Position numbers and translations under genes: made by a program. Of a DNA stretch of 64,000 nucleotides, positions 36,290 through 48,087 are shown piece by piece (position 1 is the stretch's first letter; every line of letters begins with the position of its first letter). Origin of the DNA: Macrostomum hystrix (lineage: Eukaryota > Animalia > Platyhelminthes); contig CATNEN010000032.1 in NCBI GenBank assembly GCA_950097015.1, forward strand, positions 2,790,001 through 2,854,000, written 5' to 3'. The notes below the pieces were generated by a model. The model did not search any database. It saw nothing but the letters and a program-made list of their open reading frames with translations, and was not told the DNA's origin.

Positions 36290-36905
36290 GCATTAAATAT
36301 CGAGGGGAGGCAAGTGTTATCCAGGGTAAAGCGGGAATTATCGAAGGGGAAGCATAAATCATCAAAGGGAAAGCATGAATTATCGATGGGGGCATGATAT
36401 ATTGAGACGGTATCATTTTCTAAAGCGGTAGCATGATTTTACAAGGGTTTACATGATTAGTTAAGGGTGTAGCATAAATTTCTTACGGGCAGCATAAGTT
36501 ATCGAGAAAACAGCAATTGTTAGTGAGGGAACTTCATCAAATGTTGAGACACGATGCTGGCACGATTTATCGTGGAATTAGCATAAATAATCGAGGGGTA
36601 GCAAGCTTTGTCGAGAGGGTAGTATGCTTTGTCGAGGGATAGCATGATATATCAAAGGGGTAGCATGATTTCTCGAAGAGATATCGAGGAGAGGGCATGA
36701 CATATCGAGACGGTAGCATGAATTTTCGAGTGGAAGCATGAATTATCGAGGGTGAAAAACGAATAACCGAGGGGAAGCATTAATTATCCGCCGTTAGCAT
36801 GTATTAACGAGGGGGAGCCTGAATTATCAAGCGGAAGGGATAAATTGAAGGGGTAGCATAAACTATCGATGGGGTAGCAAGTTTTGTCTTAGGGATAGCA
36901 TGATA
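36290..36905 (+). repeat. Degenerate 20-22-bp tandem repeat block (consensus about AGCATGAATTATCGAGGGGA), part of the modular repeat
   Basis: Homologous in unit order to 42245..42740 and 46980..47900. Confidence 0.85.
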
Positions 36906-37127
36906 CGAAGGTATCACCTGTTAAACCAGCCGTACCTGATCACGCTCAGGTACACGAACGCTGCGGACTGGCCGCATGCCCTGTTAAGGTCAAAGGGTGA
37001 CACCTTTCCCTCCAGCCAGGGCTAGAGGTACCCAGTTCGAATGGGAAGCTTCACGGCGGTGAGTCACCTGCTGCATAGCCATAGCATTTCTTTTCTCTGC
37101 AAGTAGCTGCTTCCGTCCGATCACTAG

Positions 37128-38275
37128 GTGGGTTGTGCCATACAACCCTGACCTGCTGCTCCAGTTCGCGTCCCATTTGAACGTTGAAGTTTGCAACACT
37201 GTCAAGTCTGTCAAGTACGTGATCAAGTACTTGATGAAGAATGGCGAAATGGCTGTTTTCAAAGTCGCCGCCACGGCAGAAGCTGCTGAATCTCAGCCGA
37301 GTGCTCCTCCTGAGAGGCAGGCGAAGTCACGTGATGAAATCTCGGAGTACTTATCTGCACGCTACATTGGCCCGATGGAAGCTGTAGACACCATTCTGGC
37401 CTTTGAGGTATAATAATTGCTCTGCTGTGATGTAGCCGTACTTTTAGCACTGCATTTAGTCTTGGCAGCAACTCTGATGCTCAAATATCCTCACCTTTGC
37501 CCAGGTTCACAACAGGTTCCCGGCGGTCATCCGACTCTGTGTGCACAAGTCGGAAGAGCAGCTTGTGAACTTTAGCGAGCAGACCGCGGGCGCCAATGTC
37601 GGAGGACATCCCGGCGTGAAGCGCAACACCAACATTGCGCGGATGAACACGGTCAGTCCCAGAGCTGGTGACCTGTTCTACCTGCGACTGTTGCTCCTGC
37701 ACGTGCGGGGACCGACTAGCTTTGAGTCGCTGCAGACCGTGGCCGGCGTGCTTCGTGCCAGCGCCAAGGCCGCCTGCATGGCTCTCGGCCTGCTGCAGCG
37801 CGATGAGCGCCTGGCATCGCTGTATGATTGAAGCTGTCCCGAGCCTAATGCCGCGAGCTCTAAGTCACCGGCTGGCTGTCGTCCTCATCTGGGGCGAGCC
37901 AGACGACGGCGCTGATCTGTGGAGCAGCTTTGCAGCGGATCTTTGCGAAGACCTGCGCTTCCACCACCCGGACCTGAGCGCCGAGGAAGTCAGCGACCTG
38001 ACTCTGTGGGTGCTGCAGAGCATGCTGACGTCCATGGGCGGCCGCAGTCGGGCCGCTGCAGTTTGACACGGTCGAACAGGTGAAGATCACCGAGACGCGG
38101 CTGCCAATGCTCACGGCCGATGGCCACCTACGAGGCTGTGACTGCGGATCTTGTCGCTGGCTCGGGCGGCCTGCATTTCCTTGACGCTCGTGCAGGCACT
38201 GGCAAGACCTTCTGCTGGAGGTTTTGCTGGCGTTTGTGCGGAGTCGAGGGCAAGCCGCCCTGGCTGTTGCGTCAT
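37128..38275 (+). pseudogene. Helitron RepHel remnant (end of Rep region to start of Pif1 helicase), internally deleted, with a 97-bp intron at 37408..37504
   Basis: WVVPYNPDLLLQFASHLNVEVC..KYVIKY; DEISEYLSARY; FE|VHNRFPAVIRLCVH across a GT-AG intron; FYLRLLLLHVRGPTSF; FLDARAGTGKTF (Walker A); LAFVRSRGQAALAVASS. Confidence 0.9.
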
Positions 38276-38970
38276 CTCTTTATGTCATTCATGCTATCCA
38301 TGCTATCATGCTATCATGCTATCCCCTCAATAAATCATTTAATCCTCTTTTAAAATGTGCTTTGCCCTCAAAGAATTATGTTATTTATAGGAAATCTCAT
38401 GCTATATCTTAAAGAAATCGTGATATTCCCTGGATATCTAATGCTATTCTCCACCAATTCCACGCCGTTTTCTTGATATCTCATGTATGCTATCCTTTGA
38501 TATCTGGCGCAAATATTCTTAAGTTTCATGTTTTCCTTAGAAAAATTTTTTTCATTAATTATGTACATTTTATGTACGCATAATTTTGCAGCAAAAATTT
38601 TACGATTGCAGCAATGCTCAAAACAAATTTCTCTAGTTTTGAATATAAAAGGCGCTAACACGTACGCATGCTAAAAGAGTCTTCATTTAGTTTTGAATCG
38701 AATAACGCTTGAAGCGAATGCTCGTTAAAACGTGAACATTTAAAAGGAATAACGCTTCTAACTGTGCTCAACATATTTTCTTCTACACTTGTAGTTCTGA
38801 ATCTGATAAAACTAAAAAAAGCAATGCTAAAAAATCATTCCTTAGTTTTAGTATCGAATAGCACTTGCTCCTACACTCGAAAAATCGTATATTCCTTTCT
38901 TACAGCGAGAAGAGTAATAATATAGCTAAAACTATTTACTTTAACAGTAGCTAATCACAAGCGCTTACTA

Positions 38971-40279
38971 CCAGGGTTGTGTCATAAATTCGCTAACAAA
39001 CTTACATAGCGTCTGTTTCTTTTGTACTTTGGGGCAGAATTTTTTTATACAGACTAAGGCACCATCGATTTTATTGTCTATGGAAAATCTTCCCTCTGGC
39101 TTTTGAGACAAGGCAGAAATCGAGTGGGATTCAAACCACCCTTTTATCCAGTATGGAGAAAAGTGAAGCTACCAAGCGCACTGTCATTTGGTCTTTGTGG
39201 AAGCAGCAGAAGAAGCAGGCTGATATTTACCGCGAGCTGCTGCAAATCTTTAGCGAGGATGCACCTTCGAAATAAGCTGTGTCAAAGTGGGTGCAGCGCT
39301 TTGAGGACGGCTGGGAAACAGTTGATGATGCTCCCCGCCCAGGTGCACCGCGGTCATCCACTTCCAGTGACAACATCCAGCGTGTGCAGCATGCCCTGGA
39401 CGATGATCGTGGAGCAACCCTGAGGCAGTTAGAGGACTTGTTGGAGATACAAATGAAGAGCATTCATCGCATCATCTCCGACCATCTGCATATGACACGA
39501 GTTGTTGCACGATGGGTCCCTAAACTGCTGACTCCTGTCCAACTGCAAGAGAGGGTCCAGATGTGCCGCCACCTACTCAACGCCTATCAAAACGAGCCCG
39601 ACTTTCTTGGCCGCCTGGTGACTGGTGATGAAACGTGGTTTCACCTCTACGAACCAGAAACGAAACGGCAGAGCAGCGTCTGGAAGGCTACTCACGAACC
39701 CCCACCGGTCAAGGCCAAGGCGGTGCAGTCAGCAGGTAAGCGCATGGCCACCGTGTTCTGGGACAGAGAAGGCATCTTGCTGATCGAGTGGCTACCTGAA
39801 GGCAGAACCATCAATGCCCAGTACTACTGTGAAATATTGGAACGGCTGCGTGAGAAGATCAAGAGTGAGCGTCGGGGAAGGATCACCAGGGGCATTGTGC
39901 TGCAGCAGGACAACGCCAGGCCGCATACCTGCAATGCAACTATGGATGTCATCAGGAGACTAGGCTTCGAGTTGCTGCCTCACCCTGCCTATTCTCCTGA
40001 CCTGGCCCCCAGTGACTACTGGTTGTTCCCTAAAATGAAAGAGCCTCTTCGTCGCCATCTCTATGGAAGCCTTTCTGCACTCAGCTCGGCCATCAGCCAG
40101 TGGGTACGAGGGACCCCCACCGAATTCTTCGCCCAGGGCATCAGCAAGCTGCCAGAGAGATGGCACAAATGTGTGCAGCTTGGGGTGACTATGTTGAGAA
40201 GTGCAATGTTGACAATTAGCTGTTCTTTGTTTTGTTTCTTTGATATCTGCAGTTGTCAGCGAATTTGACACAACCCTCG
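38971..40279 (+). mobile_element. Mariner (DD34D) DNA transposon, full length, inactive
   Basis: Imperfect ~28-bp TIRs C(C/G)AGGGTTGTGTCA(TA)AATTCGCT(A/G)ACAA at 38971-38999 and 40253-40279. TA on the left flank; the right flank reads TT. Confidence 0.95.
39153..40268 (+). pseudogene. Mariner transposase with premature TAA (39273-39275) and a likely C-terminal frameshift near 40182
   Basis: ATG 39153 is in frame with ORF 39279. WVPKLL, GDETW, QDNARPH and YSPDLAPSDY, with 34 residues between the last two Asp. One more G at 40182-40185 would restore GGDYVEK. Confidence 0.92.
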
Positions 40280-40719
40280 TTTTTATACCAAAAAGCCAAA
40301 TAAATAAAAATAACTATAAACACGAACTTACGTTTTTAACATTTGATTCAACTCGTAGACGATAAGAAGAAAAAGAAGTAGTAACAAAACTGATGTTGAA
40401 ATTCGACCTGCATTCTGCAAAATAATTAAAGTTCGTTACTTCGGAGCTAGATGAAAAGAATTGAGCATCATACGAGTAAAAGCCCAATCATTGAAATCTG
40501 CCATGTGCGTTTTTCGCTCAATCATACAAGAGACCTATATCACTATCGCCATATACTCGTATAAACGCACGTACGGGTGCTAAAAGCAGTGACGCAATCC
40601 CATTCAATTAACGGTATAAGTCTCTCTGTTCTGCTTACACACTCGCGGGCGAGAAAAGCAGTGTTGCCATCTCATTCAATTGAGAGTATCGGCCCTGTTC
40701 TGTGCTAAATCTATCTGAG

Positions 40720-42240
40720 CCTCTTCATTGCTCACATCGCTCCAGCAATTTACCTTCAAGCCTTTACCCTGCCCAGGGACATTACGACGTCCCTGAAGCA
40801 CCTACCCTTAGGAGTAAGGAACACCCCTCCACCAGAGGACAAGGAGGTGCGACTTGATCTCCTAATCGGTAACGACTATGCTCAACGCCTCCTCGGTCCA
40901 AGTGTCGGTGCCATACCACTGCACCCAAGTTTTACTGCGCATCTAACTCCTTTTGGAACCATTCTAACGGGCTCTCTCGATAATCCCACCAACCTAATTT
41001 CGGACACTATCCTCAGCAACTCCTTTTTTGTCAGTCTCAGTCGGACAATCTCGAACGGCTCGTGGATCGAATGACCAGTCTTGAGATCCTCGGTTTAGAG
41101 CAGAGCACTGATCTCCCCATTGTCCCGGCCGATGAGCTGACTACCCAGCTTCTTGCGACTGCCACACGCCAGCAGGACGGCCGGTTTTCAGTCGCTTTCC
41201 TTTTAAAACAGGAGCAGAAAATCTTCCATCAAACTTTGCTAAGCCTTTGGTCGCGCTCAGTTGGTACACAACCGGTTGACTCAGGAGCAGCGCACGAAAT
41301 ACTATGCTGAGTTCGACAAGCGCAAGGTCGAAGGTGTCCTCGAACTAGTCGACAGACAACAGCCTAACGGCCGAATCATTCACGTGCTGCCTCACTTCCC
41401 GGTCATAAAAGAGTCATCTAACACCACCAAGATCAGACCAGTTGTAGACGCCTCCTCTCCGACATCCTACGGTGGCCTCTGTCTGAATGATCTACTAGAG
41501 ACTGGGCCTAACCTACTTACCACCCTGCTTCAAGTGCAGCTACGTCTTCGTGTTTTCCGACATGTATGTGTGAGTGACCTTCAGTCAGCATTCTATCAAA
41601 TCCTGGTTCATCCGGAGTGTCGCGACGCTCTAAGAATCATACTCCCAGAGGACATTACCAAGACCTCTCACCAAGGAAAGTCTACAGCTCTGGCGTTTTA
41701 CTCGCATTGTAATGGGTGCCAGCCCATCACCGTGGATCTTACTCGCAATACTGAAAAACTGTGCCACGATGCCTCCGTGAGCAACAAATTTGGCCTCACA
41801 CCGAACGAGGCTAAAGCAATACCTGCTGGCTTGTATATGGACAACCTAGTAATGGGCTATGATCATCAAGAAGACGGCCCGCGTTTAGTCGCTGGCCTTG
41901 CTGCTCTGTTCCGTTCGGCCTGTTTCCACCTTCGAGAGTTCGCGGCTAGCGACCCGACGTCACTCTGCCAGCTTCCTGCGGCAGACGTCATCAATGATCC
42001 AATACTTCGAAATCTTGGAATCGCCTGGGACACAACCAAGGATACCCTCCAGCTTGTTAAGCCAAGCGTCTCACCAGATCTAAATCTATCTCGGGCGAGT
42101 CTGCTAAGCGCAATCTCCAAGCCATACGATCCATTCGGCTACGCCGCCCCACTCTTGCTCGCTGGTCGTCTCCTCTTCCACACGCATTCAACTCTCAAGC
42201 ACCCTGGAATCAACCAACTGACGCACCCACAAACTTGGGT
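40720..42240 (+). mobile_element. Fragment of a second, different BEL/Pao family (post-protease region through RT)
   Basis: LDLLIGND, HVLPHFPVIK..KIRPVVDASS, LNDLLETGPNLL, SDLQSAFYQ, YMDN, LREFAASD, LGIAWD, YDPFG; frameshifts; no LTRs. Confidence 0.88.
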
Positions 42241-42244
42241 GCGT

Positions 42245-42740
42245 CAAGATGCTTCAAGTTTGAATAATCTTCAAGAATTATTGAAGGGGAAGAATGAATC
42301 AGGTAGGCAGCAATTATTAACGAGAGGGAAGCATGAATTAACTAGGTTAAAGAATTAATTATCAAGGGGATAGCACGAATTTTCGAGGGGTAAGCAAGCT
42401 CTATCGAGGGATTATATGATATATATATGTAAGGGATAGCATGATTTATCAAGGAGATATCTCAACAAGTATATATTCAAGTCGAATATTTTAGATGATT
42501 TTTCTTCTCATGGCTTTAAAACGTGATTTTCTTCCCCCGCTTTTAATCATGATTAGCATGATGTTACAAGGGATAGCATGATTAATTAAGGGTGTAGCAT
42601 AAATTATTTACCGGACAGTACAAGTTATCGAGGAAACAGCAAGTATTAGTGAGGGAAATTCATCAAATGTTGAGAGTAGCACGATTGGGTAGCAAAAAAT
42701 ACCGAGGGGTAGCAAGCTTTGTCGAGGGCGTAGCAAATGC
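42245..42740 (+). repeat. Degenerate 20-22-bp repeat block of the modular repeat
   Basis: 42545-42735 aligns unit by unit with 36430-36625. Confidence 0.85.
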
Positions 42741-42742
42741 AG

Positions 42743-44970
42743 AAATTCAAATGCAGAACCGATTAAACGCAAGCAAGTGCAGAAAATGTCACACGAATTG
42801 TCGAATGGTCAACTGGCACGGCCCTTCGGCTCGCGTGGCCAATGGTAGAGCAAGTCCACTTCTAACCAAACCAAATTCGCAACAGCCATTGCGATAGTAT
42901 AAACATACTTGATCAGGATCAGGATCAGGATCACCCTAAAAGCTAGATTTTCATCTCAAGAATTATGTCTCCGTTGCTGCTCCTGTTGCTGCTGGTGCCG
43001 TCATTGGCTCCGCTGATTGCGCGCGATCGCCAGTACATCCTCGTATTGGACGCCGGCAGCACCGGAACTCGCATCAACGTGTTCGCGTTCCGCTCTGACC
43101 TCAACCACTCCACCGGGCTGCGCATCGAGAGCCTTGAAAAAAAGAAAGTCAACCCGGGCCTGTCCGCATTTGCGAACGCGCTCTCGCGCCTGCGCCAGAA
43201 CCTCAAGCCGCTGTTGGACTTCGCCGCAGCTAAGGTGCCGGCAGAATACCACTCCCAGACTGCCGCCATTGTGCGGGCTACGGCCGGACTGCGTTTGCTG
43301 ACACTCGACCAGCGAGATCGCGTCATCCGCGCTGTCGCCGAGGTTCTCCGCCGCTCCACCTTCAAAGTGCCAGACAGTGACCGGCGCGCGGTGCGCGTCA
43401 TCAGCGGCCAGGAGGAGGCCGAGTACGGCTGGGTGGCCGTCAACTTTCTTATGGACTCCTTCGACAAGCCCGGCGGCGATACCTATGGCATGCTGGACTT
43501 GGGCGGTGGCTCCACGCAGATCACATTTGTACCGAAGGCTGACGATACGGCCGACTCCTACCGAGTGGTGTTTAAAACGGTGCGCGGCAGGTCTTATTCT
43601 CTGCACGAGCACAGCTACCTGGGCTTGGGCATGTCGCAGGCCTCTCTGTACATGTTCGGCCACAACAGCAGCGTGGAGGCTTCGCTGCCGTTGTACACGT
43701 CACCGTGTCTCAACCCGGACTTTCGCGCCGAATTCAGCTTCGGCACCGTCTCGATCAACGTCTCCGGAGAGGCCGGAGTTGCCAGTTCCGATCGGCACCG
43801 GCTGTGCTCGGACGTCGCCCGCATTCCGCTGCGCATTGTGCCAGTGCACCAGCCGCCGGGCATCAATGTCGCCAGATTCGTGGCTGTCAGCTCATTTTAC
43901 TACACGGCTGCCATGCTGAGTAAAGGGGGCTATTTGACAAACAGCATACCTGGCAATGCTAGGATTAGTGACTTGGCTTCGGCAGCTGAGAGGGTGTGCC
44001 TCAATCCTCCAGTGGTGGGAAAGTACGAGCCATACCTGTGCATGAACACTCTGTACATTGTTACTCTGCTGCGCGAGGGCTACCGATTTGAGGCCAACCA
44101 GAGCCTTTTACTCACTGACAGCATCAGGGGCTACTCGGCCAGCTGGCCGCTGGGCATCGCTACTCATCAGCTGAACTGTCGCGACCGCAACAGCCTGGCC
44201 TGCCTGGGCAGCTCCGCTCAGCCCAGTGTTTTGGCTGCCCGGGTGTAGCAGCCGGTGACGCTGCTGCTCTCGCTGGCGACGCTGCTACCCAGACTGTTCT
44301 GATTGGAGGGCAGATTTGCGCCATCGATCATATCACTCTTCGGGTTTATTTAATGTGAAACCCATATTAGGCTTAAAAAATAAACTCTTGTCAGCAAACA
44401 TCAGACTCACTGGATTTTCCTACAAACACTTAAAAAAGAAAAACACTTTTGAACGACGACGAACGTGAGTTTCGTAGCTTCAACCTAAAATTAAAGCATC
44501 ATTATTACAGAAAATCTAGAACTTAAAACACAGACACTCCTTGAACTACTAAATCAGACTTTTGAACTTTTAGATTCATTTTTATTTATGTTTTTATAAT
44601 GAGATTTTCCTTCAGAATTTCCGGCAGAGATACCTGACTTCATTTGCATTTTCCTACGGTCCAATGGTTCTGGAGTGAGCAGTTTTCAATTCGCCTGACA
44701 GATTCAGAGATTGCACAAAAATTCAATCAATCAACTAATCAGTGCATGACTTGATCAATTCATCAAGTCGACGGTCGATCTCCGAGGCACTACAGTTGAA
44801 TCTGTATCATTTTTTAGCTTTTCAGCTTTTCACCTCATACCGAAGTTCTGTCTCCATGGAAAACTGCTTTCAATTCGGCAACGATGTCAGCCACACGGTA
44901 CGTCTACTTCGTCCAAGTCATCTTGCTTGCCCTGTCTTTCCTAACTCGATCGCCAGTTCTTGATTTCATT
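42743..44970 (+). repeat. Segmental duplication copy 2 (contains NTPDase)
   Basis: Colinear with 26812..29343. Confidence 0.93.
42965..44248 (+). CDS. NTPDase/apyrase paralogue, 427 aa; TTG>TAG removes the last 18 residues (hydrophobic tail)
   Basis: All five ACR motifs are intact. The ancestral tail codons and TGA (44300-44302) are still present after the new stop. Confidence 0.92.
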   Translation: MSPLLLLLLLVPSLAPLIARDRQYILVLDAGSTGTRINVFAFRSDLNHSTGLRIESLEKKKVNPGLSAFANALSRLRQNLKPLLDFAAAKVPAEYHSQTAAIVRATAGLRLLTLDQRDRVIRAVAEVLRRSTFKVPDSDRRAVRVISGQEEAEYGWVAVNFLMDSFDKPGGDTYGMLDLGGGSTQITFVPKADDTADSYRVVFKTVRGRSYSLHEHSYLGLGMSQASLYMFGHNSSVEASLPLYTSPCLNPDFRAEFSFGTVSINVSGEAGVASSDRHRLCSDVARIPLRIVPVHQPPGINVARFVAVSSFYYTAAMLSKGGYLTNSIPGNARISDLASAAERVCLNPPVVGKYEPYLCMNTLYIVTLLREGYRFEANQSLLLTDSIRGYSASWPLGIATHQLNCRDRNSLACLGSSAQPSVLAARV

Positions 44971-45219
44971 ATATATTTTACGAAATATTTTTTGCATTCT
45001 ATCTACGTATACTAAATCTCTAATCATAGTTTATTCTTACAAACGCTAGCGTTTGCAAAATGGCTGATAGCAAGAAGGCTATCAATTCCTACTATACAAA
45101 ATGTATTGAGTTTGTATAAAAACTATATATATAAATAATAATAAAAAAAATTAAAATAATAATAAAAAAGTATAAATATAATATACTTTTGTGGCGCTTT
45201 ATCGTTTAAACTATTTGAC

Positions 45220-47900
45220 CAATTTTTATCGTGTTTTCACAAAAAAGTGCCAATTCATCTAAGGATTAGACTGATCAAATTTCATCATGCCGTCTCAATG
45301 CCAAGGGTATTAAATATTCGAAAAACGAGTTTTCTGATTGCTTTCAATTGGGGGCCAGACAAGGTTAAATTAGAATAGGGCCGGACACTCAGTTTCATTA
45401 GATTGCATCTGTGCTTTTTTTCGCGTGCATTGATATAGCACAGAACAGGGCCGATACTCTCAACTGAATAGGATTGCGTCACTGCTTTTGGAACCCGTAC
45501 GTGCGTTTATAAATTTTTCTTTTGGCTGATTGAGTGATTTGATTTGAATAAGGAAACGTACATAGCAGATTTGTCTTTAATGATGCTCAATGCTAGCGAG
45601 ACCTCTTCTGAAAACTGCAGCCTCTTTAATGTCAAACCCTAGCTGTCTCGAATTCGATCATCGTGCCGCTTTCTTTTCATCTAGCTCCGAAGTAAAGTAC
45701 TATTATTATTTTGCAGAATGCATATCGAATGTGAGCATCAGTTTTGTTACTGCTTCTTTTTCTTCTAATCTTCAATCATCAACAGTTTAAAACGCTAGTT
45801 CGTGTTTATAAGTATTTTTTATTGGGTATTTTTGGGCTCGAGTATAATTAGTAAGCGCTTTTGATTAGCTACTGTCTAAGCAGATATTTGTTAGATCTAT
45901 TATTACTGTTCATTATTTGAGAAAAGAATGTAAGTTTTTTTGAGTGAAGCAGCAGGTTTTATCCGATACTAAAACTAAGGAAAGTTTTTTTAGCATAGCT
46001 GCAAGCGTTATTAAATTCAGAACTGCAACAAGAAATATTGAGCATAGCCAAGAGCGACGTAATTCATTTCTAATTTTAATATTTTTTTCAAGCATTGCTT
46101 CAGCGTTATTATATTTAAAAATATTTTTTTTAATAATCATAATTGTAATAATTTATTCGAGGACGACTGATCGAGCATTAACGAGCATTACAGTATAAAA
46201 ACGTATGCGTACGGTTCGTAAAAGTTTATTGTTATTTTTTCTTATGTTTTTGGGTACAACTAACTGTAAGAGCTATTAATTAGCTACTGTAAAAAATAAA
46301 ATATTTTTTGTGTAGCAGCAAGTTTTATTCGATACAAAACTGAGTAAAGAATTTGCGAGCATTTCTGCCTGCGTTTTTATAGATTCTAAACTATAAGAAA
46401 AGACCTTGAGCAAAGCTATTCGCGAAGCTCATTATAAAATTTGAAGTTTTTTTAAGCATTCTTGCAAGCAATATTCAAAAGGAAAAAAAATGTATGAAGA
46501 CTGCTTGAGCATATGTCGCTGTTGAAACTTTGTTTGTATCCCAAACTAACAAAACTTTCCAGCATACAGCTGCAATCGTAATCAGATTCAGAACAAGAAA
46601 AATATATATTGAGCATAGCTAAAAGCGTTATTCTTTTTTGTTTTAACTATTTTTCAAGCATTTTTTTCATGCTTTATCGATTCAAAAATTAAATAAAACT
46701 AAAGAAAATTGTTTCGAGCATTTGCTGTAATCGTTATTAGATTACAAAATAGGAGACAGTGCATTACATTAGCAGGGAAGTAATGATTGTTTTTTTCTAT
46801 TTTGAAAGCATAATAATTCGAATGAGAACATGAGACTTGTTATACCAAATAAATTGCATGGAATTTGTGGGAAAAAGCATTTGATACCCAGGGAATATCT
46901 TGATTTCTTGACATGAATGCAAGAGATTTCCAAGAGAAAGAATGATATTTTCAGGTGATCGCATAATGCTTTCAGGCTAGGGTAATGTTTTAGGACGATA
47001 GAAGGAATTATTAAAGACGGTAGCATGATTATCGAAGGTGTAGCATGAATTTTTGAGGAGAAAGCATGAAATGACGAGTGAAAGGAATTAATTATCAAGG
47101 GGAAAGCATGGCTTATCGAGAGGGCCGCATGAATTATCGTGGGGGTTGCATAACTTATAGAGGAGGAGCATGACTTATCGAGGGGGAGCATGAACTATCA
47201 ACGGGGAAGCATGAATTATCGTTAGGAAAACATGACTTATCGAGAGTGTAGCATGAGTCATCAGGACTGGTTGTCTAAATTATCCAGGGGGAAGCATGAA
47301 TTGTCGAGGGGGTAGCATGAAATATTGAGGGGGTAGCATGATTTATCGATGTATAGTCCTAACTTTGCGGGTAGCATAAGTTATCGAGGGGTAGAATAAA
47401 TTATTAAGGGGTAGCTTGATTTATTAAGGGGAGCATGAATTATCGAGAGGAAGCAGGAATTATCTGAGGTTAGCATGAACTATCGAGGGGAGGAGCAGGA
47501 ATTATCGAGGGAAATAAAAAGTTATCGAGGGGAAGAATAAATTATCGAGGGGAAGCATGAATTATCAAAAGGGAAAGTGCAGTGAAATATCGAACATGAT
47601 CCATCGAGGGAAAAGCATGATCCATCTGGGGAAAAGCATAATGCATAATATATCACGTCTGCGAAACGATATATCGAGGGAGTAGCATGAATTATCGATG
47701 GGAAAGCATGAATTATCGATGGGAAATCATGAATTATCGATGGGAAAGGCTGAATTATCGAGGGGAAGCATATATTTACGATGGGGAGCCTGAATTATTA
47801 TGGGGAAAGCATAAATTGAGGGAGTAGGATAAATTATAGAGGGGGTAGCAAGCTTTGTCAAAGGATAGCATGATATGTCAAAGGGGTAGTATTACTCATC
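45220..47900 (+). repeat. Most complete copy of the modular repeat: ~450-bp head, AT-rich ~40-45-bp degenerate array (about 45780-46760), then 20-22-bp array (about 46980-47900)
   Basis: The head recurs at 48088-48494 and, inverted, at 40500-40712. The arrays recur at 49060-49990, 38280-38965 (inverted), 36290-36905 and 42245-42740. Confidence 0.8.
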
Positions 47901-48087
47901 AAGGAGATATCAAGAAAAGATAATCATAATATAGAAGTTGCATATTTTAAATTATTCTTCTTTCCTGGCTGTAAAGCGTGATTTGCTTCCATCAAAGGGG
48001 GTGGGTTGCTAGTCTTCTATCTTCTACCTATGCTAAATGTCTAATCTAAATCTGTACAAGCGCTGCAGAGAAACAATGGCTAGAACA

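Larger units (their letters stand above)
38280..40712 (-). repeat. Inverted copy of the modular repeat (21-bp block, AT-rich ~40-45-bp degenerate block, part of head), interrupted by the mariner
   Basis: The reverse complements of 38940-38970 and 40280-40470 join to match 45660-45880; 40560-40712 matches 45435-45520. Confidence 0.8.
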
